64,000 nt of DNA. Source: an uncultured Mycoplasmatota bacterium (lineage in GTDB: Bacteria; Bacillota_I; Bacilli_A; RF39; UBA660). The notes beneath the pieces are model-generated. The model was not told the DNA's origin. It saw nothing but the letters and a program-made list of their open reading frames with translations, and searched no databases. The position numbers and the translations under genes were made by a program. The first letter of the stretch is position 1. Each line of letters begins with the position of its first letter. The stretch covers positions 7,975 to 71,974 of the forward strand of contig URNW01000003.1 in NCBI GenBank assembly GCA_900549285.1, given 5' to 3'. Shown piece by piece: positions 7,800 to 18,800 of this stretch.

Positions 7800-9833
7800 T
7801 TATAAAGACCTAATTTTCTCTTGTTCTTTAATAAAATAAAAACTTTCCATAATAAAAATATATAAAATATTATAGTGAGAAAAATTTCCTTTATTCATAA
7901 TCTCTATCATTTTTTCATTTTTATATTTCAGATATTCAGAAGTAGTGTAGCCCAAACGATAAAAAGACATTTCTATAACTTTTAGAGCATCTAATAAAAC
8001 TTGTTTTACTTCAAGCTGCTTTTTTGAGCAAACTTCTAAACTTTCTATTTTTAAATATCTCTCAAATTTTCTTCTTAATCCTAACAGATCAATACGAGCT
8101 TTTTTACGTACTTCATCACTTTGATGATATAATCCATTAATATATCCATTTATTTCTTCTTGTTTTTCTTTAGATAAACGGGCATATAAAATATCGATTA
8201 CTTTTTTATCTTCTTCACTTAAATCTGATTTAAGCATTTTAAAATAAAAATATAATGTATGTGGTTCATTTTTTAAATTCAAACATCCACTTTCTAAATA
8301 TTTTTTAAACTGACGTTTCAATGTTGAAATATCATTACTCGCCTTTCTACCTACCTCATCATTTTGGTGATATAATCCACTAATATATCCATCTATCGCT
8401 TCTTGTCTTTCCTTAGATAAATGAGCATATAAAGTATCTATTACTTTTTTATCTTCTTCACTTAAATCTGATTTAAGCATTCTAAAATAAAAATATAATG
8501 TATGTGGTTCATTTTTTAAATTCAAACATCCACTTTGTAAATACTTTTTAAATTGTCGCTTTAATATCGAAATATCATTACTTGCTTTTCTACCAACCTC
8601 ATCATTTTGGTGATATAATCCACTAATATATCCATCTATCCCTTCTTGCCTTTCTTTAGATAAATGAGTATATAAAATATCTATTATTCCTCTATCTTCT
8701 GCACTTAAATTTGATTTAATCTTTTCAAAATAAGAATATAATGTACGTCGTTCACCTTTTACTTTTAAGCATCCATTAATTAAATATTTTTTAAACTGAC
8801 CTTTTAACATTGAAATATCATTACTAGCTTTTCTACCAACCTCATCATTTTGGTGATATAATCCATTAATATATCCATCTATCCCTTCTTGCCTTTCCTT
8901 AGATAAATGAACATATAAAGTATCTATTACTTTTTTATCTTCTTCACTTAAATTTGATTTAATCTTTTCAAAATAAGAATATAATGTACGTCGTTCACCT
9001 TTTATTTTTAAACATTCATTTCCTAAATGTTTTTTCTTCTCATCATGTTGAGGCTTTAATTCCTTTATTAAAAGCCAAATTTTATCATATTTTTCAAGTG
9101 CACTTCCTCCATAAATTTGATTATAGCAATATTCCTCTATTAATAAATCTAGTTGATCTATACTCCAAGAAAAAATAACTTTCCTAAATAAAGATAAAGA
9201 GATATCTCGTATTTTAGTATAGCAAACCTGATAGATGCCATCCAAAAAAGAAGCATGATAAATTAAATATCGAAATTGATCTAAATGAGAATCCATATTA
9301 TCCATAACTTGTTTTTGCTCTTGTACATTTAAAGAGTAATAATAACCATCAAAAATATCTTTAACTTCTTTTAAAGATTTTCCATGAACTGAGAACTTAA
9401 AATAAAAAGAATATTCTTTCCAAAAAGCAGATAACTCACAAAATTTTAAATCTGAAATACCAAGAGATTTCACAATATTTTGATATAGAACAGATTCCTT
9501 TTTTAAGACTTCATAAAAAGATTCTGTCATATGAATATGATATATTTCTAGCTGACTTAAAAATTCTTGCAATAAATTACTATAAGAAAGCTTTCTTCGC
9601 TTCAATAAAATAAGCATATTATGAATAATTCTAATATTCCCAATAGAAATTTGTTTATCAATATAACTACATAAAATTCTATCTAAATAAGTTCTAATTT
9701 CATCCACGCTATTTAAGGTTTTATTTTCAACTAATTTTGTAATACGTTCACTTAAAGACTTCCAACTTTTCTCACTAAAAGCTAAAAATGAATATTGCTT
9801 TTTATAATTTTCTATTATCATATTAATTCTCAT
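7800..9833 (-). CDS. 677-aa protein of unknown function with four tandem 81-aa repeats
   Basis: Long ORF with an AGGGGGA Shine-Dalgarno. The central part is four near-identical 81-aa units (CL.LK.E..TLY.YF...KS.LSEEDKKVID.LY..LSKERQE.IDGYI.GLYHQNDEVGRKASNDIS.LK.QFKKYL). No known domain recognised. Confidence 0.6.
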   Translation of the reverse strand: MRINMIIENYKKQYSFLAFSEKSWKSLSERITKLVENKTLNSVDEIRTYLDRILCSYIDKQISIGNIRIIHNMLILLKRRKLSYSNLLQEFLSQLEIYHIHMTESFYEVLKKESVLYQNIVKSLGISDLKFCELSAFWKEYSFYFKFSVHGKSLKEVKDIFDGYYYSLNVQEQKQVMDNMDSHLDQFRYLIYHASFLDGIYQVCYTKIRDISLSLFRKVIFSWSIDQLDLLIEEYCYNQIYGGSALEKYDKIWLLIKELKPQHDEKKKHLGNECLKIKGERRTLYSYFEKIKSNLSEEDKKVIDTLYVHLSKERQEGIDGYINGLYHQNDEVGRKASNDISMLKGQFKKYLINGCLKVKGERRTLYSYFEKIKSNLSAEDRGIIDILYTHLSKERQEGIDGYISGLYHQNDEVGRKASNDISILKRQFKKYLQSGCLNLKNEPHTLYFYFRMLKSDLSEEDKKVIDTLYAHLSKERQEAIDGYISGLYHQNDEVGRKASNDISTLKRQFKKYLESGCLNLKNEPHTLYFYFKMLKSDLSEEDKKVIDILYARLSKEKQEEINGYINGLYHQSDEVRKKARIDLLGLRRKFERYLKIESLEVCSKKQLEVKQVLLDALKVIEMSFYRLGYTTSEYLKYKNEKMIEIMNKGNFSHYNILYIFIMESFYFIKEQEKIRSL
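8043..9014. repeat. Tandem repeat, 4 x 243 nt, in frame inside the 677-aa ORF
   Basis: The string aaatctgatt/aaatttgatt recurs at 8221, 8464, 8707 and 8950, an exact 243-nt period. Flanking sequence is nearly identical between units. Confidence 0.9.
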
Positions 9834-9912
9834 AAAATCCCCCTATAAAACCAAATTATATAGCATATTCTAACATTATCGATTATAAAAGTAAAGTTTA
9901 GCACTAAAAAAC

Positions 9913-9941
9913 TTGAAAAAAGCAAAATATTCTGTTAAAAT
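9913..9941 (+). promoter_or_regulatory. Sigma-A-type promoter of rpsT
   Basis: TTGAAA, 17-nt spacer, TAAAAT, with TG at the extended -10 position. Confidence 0.6.
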
Positions 9942-9972
9942 GATTAATGACAAGCAAGAGAGGAGTTTAAAA

Positions 9973-10236
9973 ATGGCAAATATTAAAAGCTCTAAGAAAG
10001 CGATTAAAGTAATAGCAAAAAAGACTGAAAATAATCATGAATTAAAAGCTAGAGTTAAAAATTTAATTAAAGAAACTGACAAAGCTATCGCTGCTAATGA
10101 TTCTGAAAAAGCGAGTCTTTTATTGAAAGATGTACAAAAATATTTAGATCAAGCTGTTAGTAAAGGTCTAATTAAGAAAAATACATCTGATAGACAAAAA
10201 TCAAGATTATCTTTAAAAATTAAAAATATGAAGTAA
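9973..10236 (+). CDS. rpsT: 30S ribosomal protein S20
   Basis: MANIKSSKKAIKV... is a typical S20 N-terminus. AGAGGAG lies upstream. 87 aa. Confidence 0.95.
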   Translation: MANIKSSKKAIKVIAKKTENNHELKARVKNLIKETDKAIAANDSEKASLLLKDVQKYLDQAVSKGLIKKNTSDRQKSRLSLKIKNMK

Positions 10237-10266
10237 CGAATGATTGTCGACTTCATTTTTTTTTGT
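10228..10266 (+). terminator. Rho-independent terminator of rpsT
   Basis: ATGAAGT-loop-ACTTCAT followed by a T run of about 9. Confidence 0.7.
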
Positions 10267-10289
10267 TATACTTATAACTAGGTGATAAT

Positions 10290-11240
10290 ATGAAAAAATT
10301 ATTAATTCCTTTTATTTGTTTAATTTGTATTTTGACTATCTTACTAAGTGCTGATAAAATAACTGATCATTTAATTTTTTTCTTAAATCAAAAGACAGCC
10401 AACAAAATAGAAACTAAAAATGATTACTATAAAAGCAATAATTATATTTTTGTATCCAACACCGATAATTTTACTCCCTATGGAATTGAAGATATTTTAA
10501 ATATAATGTACTCAACAATCAACAGTGGAACTTCCAATTTTACTTTCTACTGTCCTAAAGAATATGCTAATTGTGTAAAAGATATCAAAGATATTACAAA
10601 TGATAGAACCTTACTTACTCATTTAAATAATTTTGTCCATCCCTTTAATTCTTTTTCAAGTATTGAAGCAAGCATCTCTAATACTGGAGAGATCATTATT
10701 AAAATAAATTATTTATATACATCTGAAGAAATTACCAAAATAAATAAAGAAGTTGATAATTTAATAAATAAACTGATTACCTCAGATTTAACAGAAGACT
10801 ATGATAAAATTAAAACAATTCATGACTATATTATTAACAATACAAAATATGACTTGGAAAATAAAGATGAAAATAAAAGCTATATTGCTTATGGACCATT
10901 ATTTAACCATCTAGCTACATGTAATGGTTATACTGATCTAATGGGTATTTTCTTAACCAAAATGGGTTATGACAACTACAAAGTCGCTACTACAATTGAA
11001 AAAGATGAAAATACTGAAGGACATGTTTGGAATGCCGTAAAAATAAATGGAGAATGGTTACACTTAGATTTAACTTGGGATGATCCCGTAAGTAGTGATG
11101 GAAAAGATTATTTATATCATAAATACTTTTTAATAGATACCGAAGAATTAATAACCGCAGATGCAAATATTACTAGTGAAGATCATGTATTTGATAAAAC
11201 AATTTATAGTGAATTAAAAAATACTAAGAATAAACCTTAG
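10290..11240 (+). CDS. Transglutaminase-like cysteine protease domain protein, membrane-anchored or secreted
   Basis: N-terminal hydrophobic segment. Cys-His-Asp triad context: ATCNGYTDLM, EGHVWNAV, HLDLTWDD. Confidence 0.75.
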   Translation: MKKLLIPFICLICILTILLSADKITDHLIFFLNQKTANKIETKNDYYKSNNYIFVSNTDNFTPYGIEDILNIMYSTINSGTSNFTFYCPKEYANCVKDIKDITNDRTLLTHLNNFVHPFNSFSSIEASISNTGEIIIKINYLYTSEEITKINKEVDNLINKLITSDLTEDYDKIKTIHDYIINNTKYDLENKDENKSYIAYGPLFNHLATCNGYTDLMGIFLTKMGYDNYKVATTIEKDENTEGHVWNAVKINGEWLHLDLTWDDPVSSDGKDYLYHKYFLIDTEELITADANITSEDHVFDKTIYSELKNTKNKP

Positions 11241-11246
11241 TATTTT

Positions 11247-13163
11247 TTAAAACCCATGACCAGAAGATCCTCCGCCACCGAAACCTCCACCACTAGAGAA
11301 TCCTCCGCCAAAGCCTCCACCACTAGAATAATTAGAGTGAGAATTAGCATAATTGGCAGATTGTCTACTATAAGCACTGTTAATTGCATTATTGACACTA
11401 GAATGAATAGTAGGACCAAGATTAATATAGAAAAACATTGGATAATAATCACTAGTAGCATCAATATTCATTTCACTAATATAGACATTCATACTCTTTT
11501 CAACTTTATCAGCTAAACCAAAAATAGTCGCATAAACTAAATATCTTTCCCACAAGATAATTTCTGGTAATTCTTTTAATTCAAAAGAACCAAAATCATC
11601 TAAAAAATTTTTAAAAGCCATCCATCTTGCATAATGTTCACTTCCCTTTTGTGTTTTTTTATAAATGGCAATCGAACAGAAAAAGAAAACAATACTTAAA
11701 ATAATTACAATATAAGATAAAACATAATCAATACCATTAGAAATAACAAAAACACATAAAAGTATTCCTAAAATAAGTACTACAAGACCTATATATTTAG
11801 GTTTATTAGAAGTCTCAAAAAACTCTTCTTTTTTCCCTTCTTCCATGACACTATTTTTCCAAGCTGTATAACTTTTAATAAATTTACTGCATGTTTTAGT
11901 ACCACTAGCATAATCTTTTAAATCTTTTGTCGTAAAAACTTTCTGCTTCTTTTCATTTACATTTCCTTTACCAACTGTATCAAATAAAAAACCTACTAAA
12001 AGTTCTTCACTACCTACTAAATGTTCAGTATTCTCTAAAGTAAATTCATAATCTTTTTGCTTCTTTTTATCACTCACGATTTCTTTAGCACTAATATTTT
12101 TCTTATAAATAAGATTCATAATAGAAGCAGATAAAGCATTAGGAGTAATTTGTCTTTTCATAAGATAATCAATAACTTCTACATTGTAGTCATCTATAAA
12201 TTCACGATTATATTTTGAATAATAACTAGATTTAGGACTCTTACCATATTTTAAATAAATATAAATTCCCAAACCAATAATAGCTCCAAATAAAATCCAT
12301 GAGGCTACAACTGCTATATTCCATTTTGTTTTTAATTGATTACGTAAATCATTAGCAACCTCTGCTCTTTTCTCTTCCACTTCAATAATTTCCGATAAAG
12401 CAGAATCATTAGTTGTTTTAACATTGCTAATATCCTTAATTAAATTTCGATCAAAAGTCATCCGAATATCCAAAACTGAACTAGCATCCATATGTGAAAT
12501 AGTAGCCAAAATTCCATTACTATACTCCAATTTTTCTACATCACCAGATAAATCTCCATGTGCCCAAAAACGAAAAAGATCACTATAATCTGACTCAGGA
12601 AGAAGCACTTTTACTTGAATATGATTAATATCATCATAATCATTAGGCGTAATAAAATTCCAATAAAGTTCTGCTACATCTTCATGTAATACAATAGCTT
12701 GCTCCACTATATAAGTAATCAAAAAAGCAACCCTTTCATGATTAGCTGCATAATACATTCGATAAGTATAACCATTTTCATTTGTATAAGAAGTATATTT
12801 TCCTTTATCTCCGTTACTAGCAGCATAATCTAAAGTAAATAGATCAAAATCTGAATCTTGAAAAGTATCAAAATCTACTTGATCAACATATTTTGCTTGA
12901 ATACTAACTAAACGAAGATCAGAAGCATTATATAAACTATTATTATCATAACTGCTATAGTTATCCTCTAATAAAGAATTAGCATAACTAAGTGTTTTTT
13001 CATAACCATTAAAAGTACCATCCATAACAATTAATTCACTAATTTTTAAATTACCATTTTCCTGGATTTCTGCCTGAATAAGTTGATCAGTAATCGTATA
13101 ATTCGCAGCATATACAAAATTAGGAATGAAAAATAAAAATAACCCTATAATAACTCTCTTCAT
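11247..13163 (-). CDS. DUF2207-type membrane protein with a Gly-rich C-terminal tail
   Basis: Signal peptide, large extracytoplasmic domain, several TM helices and a C-terminal GGGFGGGFSSGGGFGGGG. Pairing with an upstream LemA gene is typical of this family. Confidence 0.7.
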   Translation of the reverse strand: MKRVIIGLFLFFIPNFVYAANYTITDQLIQAEIQENGNLKISELIVMDGTFNGYEKTLSYANSLLEDNYSSYDNNSLYNASDLRLVSIQAKYVDQVDFDTFQDSDFDLFTLDYAASNGDKGKYTSYTNENGYTYRMYYAANHERVAFLITYIVEQAIVLHEDVAELYWNFITPNDYDDINHIQVKVLLPESDYSDLFRFWAHGDLSGDVEKLEYSNGILATISHMDASSVLDIRMTFDRNLIKDISNVKTTNDSALSEIIEVEEKRAEVANDLRNQLKTKWNIAVVASWILFGAIIGLGIYIYLKYGKSPKSSYYSKYNREFIDDYNVEVIDYLMKRQITPNALSASIMNLIYKKNISAKEIVSDKKKQKDYEFTLENTEHLVGSEELLVGFLFDTVGKGNVNEKKQKVFTTKDLKDYASGTKTCSKFIKSYTAWKNSVMEEGKKEEFFETSNKPKYIGLVVLILGILLCVFVISNGIDYVLSYIVIILSIVFFFCSIAIYKKTQKGSEHYARWMAFKNFLDDFGSFELKELPEIILWERYLVYATIFGLADKVEKSMNVYISEMNIDATSDYYPMFFYINLGPTIHSSVNNAINSAYSRQSANYANSHSNYSSGGGFGGGFSSGGGFGGGGSSGHGF

Positions 13164-13202
13164 ATAATATCCTTTCAAAAAAAGGTATACCATTTGGTAA
13201 CC

Positions 13203-13754
13203 TTAAAATTGTACTTTAACATTTTCTTTTTCAGATTCATTTGCTTCAAAGAATTTTTCTTGCTTAAATTTAAACATCCCTGCAATAATGTTAGATGGTA
13301 CCATCTCAATCTTATTATTATATTGCATTACAATATCATTATAAAATTGTCTAGACATAGCAATCTTATCTTCTGTTTGTTGTAATTCTTGCTGTAAATC
13401 TTGAAAATTTTGATTAGCTTTTAAATCAGGATAATTCTCAGATAAAGCAAATAACTTATTAATGGCATTCGTAAGCTCTCCATCAGCTTTTAATTGATCT
13501 TCTGGTAAAGAAGCAGATAGATAAGTATTACGAGCTTTAATAACTTCTTCTAAAGTTTCACTTTCATGTTTTGTATAACCTTTAACTGTCTCAACTAAAT
13601 TAGGAATTAAATCAAATCTTCTTTTTAATTGAACATCAATTTGACTCCAAGCATCTTTAACTCTATTTCTAAAATCAACTAATGAATTATAAGTTGCAAT
13701 AGCCCAAAGTAAAATCAAAACAATAATTACAATAATTACAATAGCAATCCACAT
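13203..13754 (-). CDS. lemA: LemA family protein
   Basis: N-terminal TM helix followed by YNSLV..R..V..AWSQIDVQLKRR.DLIPNLVETVKGY and NYPDLKAN..F..LQ.EL..TE.KI...R..YN, the characteristic LemA sequence. Confidence 0.85.
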   Translation of the reverse strand: MWIAIVIIVIIVLILLWAIATYNSLVDFRNRVKDAWSQIDVQLKRRFDLIPNLVETVKGYTKHESETLEEVIKARNTYLSASLPEDQLKADGELTNAINKLFALSENYPDLKANQNFQDLQQELQQTEDKIAMSRQFYNDIVMQYNNKIEMVPSNIIAGMFKFKQEKFFEANESEKENVKVQF

Positions 13755-13839
13755 ATTAAATCCTCCTTATATAAATATATTATCATATATTCCTTTTTAA
13801 CTCAATAATCTTCAAAAAGAAAATGTCAAAAATTGTAAG

Positions 13840-14442
13840 CTATAAATTATCTTTTATTTCAGGAAATAAATCATATAAATTATAACCTAATAAATGATCA
13901 AAATATTCCTTTAATTTATAAGTTTCTTTTATATGATACTGTGTATTAGAATAAACACCCCGACGAAGCATAATATCAATAAGTCTTTTATCAATAGTAT
14001 ATATTTTATCTCCTTGAGGACACATTAAATCACATAAATTAACAATCTTCTCTTCTATTGTATAATTATGATTTTTAATGAATTGAGAGCGAAAAGGAAT
14101 CTCCTCAGGTATTCCTCCTGCTGTACACATTACATCATTATTTAAATAGGAATGAGTTAAACAAATATTTGCATATTCCTCATCAAATCCCAAATCAATT
14201 ATATACTGATATCCTCTCATAACATGTCCTTTAGATTCTCCATTAAACTTACCAATATCATGAATATATCCTAAAGTAATTGCTTTATCTACATCAATAT
14301 CCATTCCTTTATTTTTTAAAGCTTTCGCAATTACGCAAGCACAATTCCCTACTGTAATTGAATGAAAAATCCAAGCATCATTACTGGTTTTTCCCTGAAA
14401 ACTCTTAATAAGTTCCCTAGCTTTTTCACTAGTTAATTTCAT
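13840..14442 (-). CDS. HD-domain (HDIG-type) phosphohydrolase
   Basis: H...V......A and GYIHDIGK motifs. Overlaps the upstream gene's stop by about 14 nt. Confidence 0.7.
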   Translation of the reverse strand: MKLTSEKARELIKSFQGKTSNDAWIFHSITVGNCACVIAKALKNKGMDIDVDKAITLGYIHDIGKFNGESKGHVMRGYQYIIDLGFDEEYANICLTHSYLNNDVMCTAGGIPEEIPFRSQFIKNHNYTIEEKIVNLCDLMCPQGDKIYTIDKRLIDIMLRRGVYSNTQYHIKETYKLKEYFDHLLGYNLYDLFPEIKDNL

Positions 14443-15862
14443 TAAAATCACCTAACTTTCTAAACAAATCTTCATAGACCTTATTAGCATCTATATCATA
14501 TACAAAAGTAATTTTATGTCTATTCTTTGTTTTAGAATAAGTTGTATCATCATTTATTATAGGACAACTTATTTTATTAGTCTTAAACCAATTTCGATTA
14601 ATTAAATAAGCAATAACACTAATATCCCAAATAACTCTTCTTTCCTGAATACCATGATAACCATCATTATAAAATCTTTCTATTAAATAATTACATAACT
14701 CATTTTTTCCCTTTAAATATTGATTCAATTCACTAATAGAAATCATCAAATTAGAAGCAACATTTTTACAAGGAATTACTGTTAATTTAACTTTCGACTC
14801 AAATACTATTCTTACAGCTTCAATATCTTGTTTAAAATTAAATTCTAAATTATTTTCTTGTTCAAGACTATGTCCCCCTAACCAAACTATTTCTATTCTA
14901 TCAATTATTTTAGGTTCTGTTTTTATAGCTAATGCTACATTAGTTAAAGCCCCAATAGCCATAATAAAAGTTTTATCATTTGCTAAAGCAATTTCGATAA
15001 TCTTTTTTACTGCTGCATTTTTTTCATTATATTCATTTATCAAATAATCCATAGATCCCTTAAATACTTTATTTAAAGCTTCAAAATGAAGCCAATTACA
15101 TATTTTTAAAACTTCGTTATAGCTTAAATTTTGCCCTTCACAAACGGATACTCCACCTGATTTATGGGAATATGGAGCAATAGTAATAGCCTCTATATTA
15201 AATAAATTTTGAGATTTTAACAGATAAGATAAAGCAAACTGATCATCACATTCATTATAAGTATCAGTATCTAAAATAACATTCATTTTATTCTTCTTAT
15301 AATTTGAAACAAAATAATATATCTCTTGCCAATTATTTACTCTTCGAATATCTACATTTTGATTATAGGAAGTATTCATTAACAAAGAAACAGTCCCAAT
15401 ACTTTCTGCATTAGAACAAACCGTAACAGAATCATCAATTATAATATCAAGTCTTTTTTCTTTACACACATCTATTTTTTGAATAGGTGATTTAGTCAAA
15501 ATTAATTCATCATACCTAATCTCTTGCTCTTTTAACCATTCTAAAGTTAATTTTAAAGGATCTACATATTCCCCATTATCTCTAGCACTAATAATATAAA
15601 TGGTATGTCCATCTTTTTTTAATAGATCAATATATTCTTTAGCACCCTCTTTTAATATTAAATTTTTAGCAATTCTTTCAATATTGTCAGTATAAAACTC
15701 TTTTATTTCATCTTTTGACCAATCAAACATTCCTTTTGTCATATATAAATTTTTATTTATAATTCCTGTATTTCTAATTTCCTTATCATGATTCAAAAAC
15801 TCCTTTAATAGGGCTTCATCAAAATTCGAAATAACATTATCAATATCAATACCAATCATCAT
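14429..15862 (-). CDS. Fusion protein: HAD-type 5'(3')-deoxyribonucleotidase-like domain plus inosine/uridine-preferring nucleoside hydrolase domain
   Basis: N-terminus has IGIDIDNVIS (DxDxV HAD motif I) and IIDDS. The second half begins ILDTDTYNECDDQFAL (the DxDxxxDD signature of the IUNH family). Confidence 0.75.
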   Translation of the reverse strand: MMIGIDIDNVISNFDEALLKEFLNHDKEIRNTGIINKNLYMTKGMFDWSKDEIKEFYTDNIERIAKNLILKEGAKEYIDLLKKDGHTIYIISARDNGEYVDPLKLTLEWLKEQEIRYDELILTKSPIQKIDVCKEKRLDIIIDDSVTVCSNAESIGTVSLLMNTSYNQNVDIRRVNNWQEIYYFVSNYKKNKMNVILDTDTYNECDDQFALSYLLKSQNLFNIEAITIAPYSHKSGGVSVCEGQNLSYNEVLKICNWLHFEALNKVFKGSMDYLINEYNEKNAAVKKIIEIALANDKTFIMAIGALTNVALAIKTEPKIIDRIEIVWLGGHSLEQENNLEFNFKQDIEAVRIVFESKVKLTVIPCKNVASNLMISISELNQYLKGKNELCNYLIERFYNDGYHGIQERRVIWDISVIAYLINRNWFKTNKISCPIINDDTTYSKTKNRHKITFVYDIDANKVYEDLFRKLGDFNEIN

Positions 15863-18800
15863 AAATTTATAGCCTCTACCTCCTTTACTTTATGATCCAT
15901 AATAGAATACAAATACAAAGATATTTTTTTATCACTAACACTCTTCACATACTCATAATAAACACTTAATTGCTTTACATAAGCATCATCTTCTATATTT
16001 TTCAATTTATAATCTATAATTTTAATTTCATCATCATACTCTAACATTAAATCTATAATTCCATGATATTCCTGATTATCTTTCATAAAGAAAAACTCTA
16101 ACTCTTGATAAATATCTGCATCTTTAAAAGAAAAAGTATCTAATAAATTTTTAACATAAATATTAGGATTTTCAACTTGTTTAAAATCCGTTTGTTCTAG
16201 CATTTCATGAATTTTAGTACCATAAGAAAGAGTATTTGCTTCTTCTTTTGTGATTAACTTTAAAATATTTTTAGAAGCATGATTTTTTTCTACTACCTTA
16301 GAATCAATAGGGATCTCATCAAAATTAATTACCCCATCACTATCAACATTTTGCATAACTTTATTAACTTTAAGTAGATAATCTTTAGATAAATGTAAAG
16401 TATTTAAATCTACTACTTTTACATAATCTTTTAAATTAAGAGAAATAGAACTTAAAAAGTCATAAAAAGAACGATATTGAATTCCAACTAAATAATCAAT
16501 TTTATTTTTTATTAAATTTTCCTTTTGAAACTTAGGAACAACCATAATCATTTTTTCTTTTGCTCTTGTTAACGCAACATAAAAAAGTCTAATTTTTTCA
16601 GCAATTTCTTCTTCCAAATATTTATTTTTAATTAATACTTTAGTAAATAAAGTACCAATACCATCCTTATAAAATGGAGTCAAAATCCCATATGTAGAAT
16701 CATACATAAATCTACTTTGTAAATCTTTCAAATTAAAAGTCTCACGAAACCCAGCAAAATAGCAAACAGGAAATTCTAATCCTTTTGATTTATGAATATT
16801 CATAATTTTAACAGAATTACCTGAGCTTTTACCTTCTTTATATCGGATTTCCATACCTGATTCAATCATCTGATTAAGATATTCTTCCAAATCCAAAATT
16901 GTAAAGCCAAGCATTTCCATAGAATTTGCAAGATCAAGTAAATAATCAAGCCGTATCATAGCATCTTTAATATTACCAACTAAAATCAACTGTTGATAAA
17001 ATTGATAGCGAAAAATTATTTCTTGTAGTAAAATATTAGGAGTCATAAAATCCAAATTTTTGGCGATTTCCTGAGCAATTTTATAAATGTTTTCTTCATA
17101 AAAAGTATTATTTTCTAAAGCTAAAAATATCTTTTCATCACTCATATTACCAATATAACTACGAGCTATACTAACAAAATGATAACGCATACTTTTATTA
17201 TATTCTTGCTTTTTGATATCCAAAATGAGCCCTATAATATTTTTGATAATAAGGATATCTTCTTTATCAGTCAAATTACTATCTTGATAAATTTCCATAG
17301 GAATATGAAACATTTCAAATATTTTTTTATAACGAGTCATTTCTTTTCCACGATCTAAAATAATGCAAAAATCTTGATATAAAATATCTCTATTTTTCCC
17401 CAAATCAAAATCATAAACTGGATAATGATTCTTTACTTTTTCTTCTATATCATGTGCAATTGTAAAAGCTTCAATTTCTGCATTGGTATATTTTTTTTCT
17501 AGATTATCATACTGTAAAATCTCTAAATTATGATTTTCTTCATTATGTCCTTTTTCTTCATAAACTTTATTGCCATAGATCATAGCGTGATGATCTTGAA
17601 AATCTATCCCACCTAATTCAGGAATCATAATCAAATTAAATATTTCATTAATATTGTGAAGAACTTCTCTTCTTGAACGAAAATTTTCTAATAAATCAAT
17701 CTTTTCTCCACAAATATGTTCTTTATAAGAATCATATTTGTCTCTAAAAATATTAGGATTAGCATTTCGAAATCGATAAATAGATTGTTTAATATCTCCC
17801 ACCATATAGACATTATGATTCTCAATTTCTGAAACAAACATTTCTTGTAAATCATTTGTATCTTGATATTCATCAATCATAATTTCTTGATAAAAAAATT
17901 TTATTTCATCCCGAATATCAGGATATTCTTTAACAATAGAAATTGCCATTTTAGAAATATCAATAAATTCAAAAGCATTCTTTTCTTTTTTATACTCTTG
18001 TATTCGATCATCTAATTTTAAAATAATATCAATAATTGCTAAAACATAGTCTTTAGTACTAAATATCTGATTTTTTAACTCTTCCTCACTATAAATTGTA
18101 AGATCATTCAATTCTTTTACTAATTTCTTTAATTCTTCCTTAATTTCTAATCCTTCAGGATCTATTTCACGAATAGTCGGTAATTTCACTTGATAATGAT
18201 GCAAATCAGCATAATTTCTTGGTTTAAAAATTGGTTTTAAAACTTCATAACATTTTTGATATACTTTTTCTGTTAAAAAACTTTCTAAAAGATAAAAATA
18301 ATTTTCAATTAAATCTACTAAATTTTTCAAATATTCAAAATACTCATCAAAAATTTGATTAACATAATTCTCACTATAAAATTTCTCTAAATAAGTTGTT
18401 AAATATTGCTTTTTATCATATCGTAAATCTAAAGCATTGCTAATATTCAAAATATATTTACGAATAAACTCATCATCACGATCAGTAAAATCACGCACCA
18501 ATTTTAAATAATTAGAATCCTTTTTTTCATATAAATCCATTACAATATCATCTAATATTCTTTTCTTTTCTAAATTAATAATAGAAGAATCAATAATTGA
18601 AATATTAGAACTTAAATCAAATAAATAATGATATTTTTTAACCAAACTAAAAGCATAAGCATCAAAAGTTGTAATATAGGCACTATCCAAAAAAGAAAGG
18701 GATTCTTCTAAATTTTCTTTTTGTAATTTTTTCCGAATTCTTTCCTTCATTTCTCCAGCTGCTTCATTTGTAAATGTCAAAATAAGAATACGACGAATAT

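Noticed and set aside
8043-9014. Regular 243-nt repeats, considered as a possible CRISPR array or satellite.
   Set aside because: The repeats are contiguous with no unique spacers, lie in frame within one long ORF and translate to conserved 81-aa units. This is a coding tandem repeat, not a CRISPR array. No CRISPR-like short repeat-spacer structure was seen anywhere in the window.
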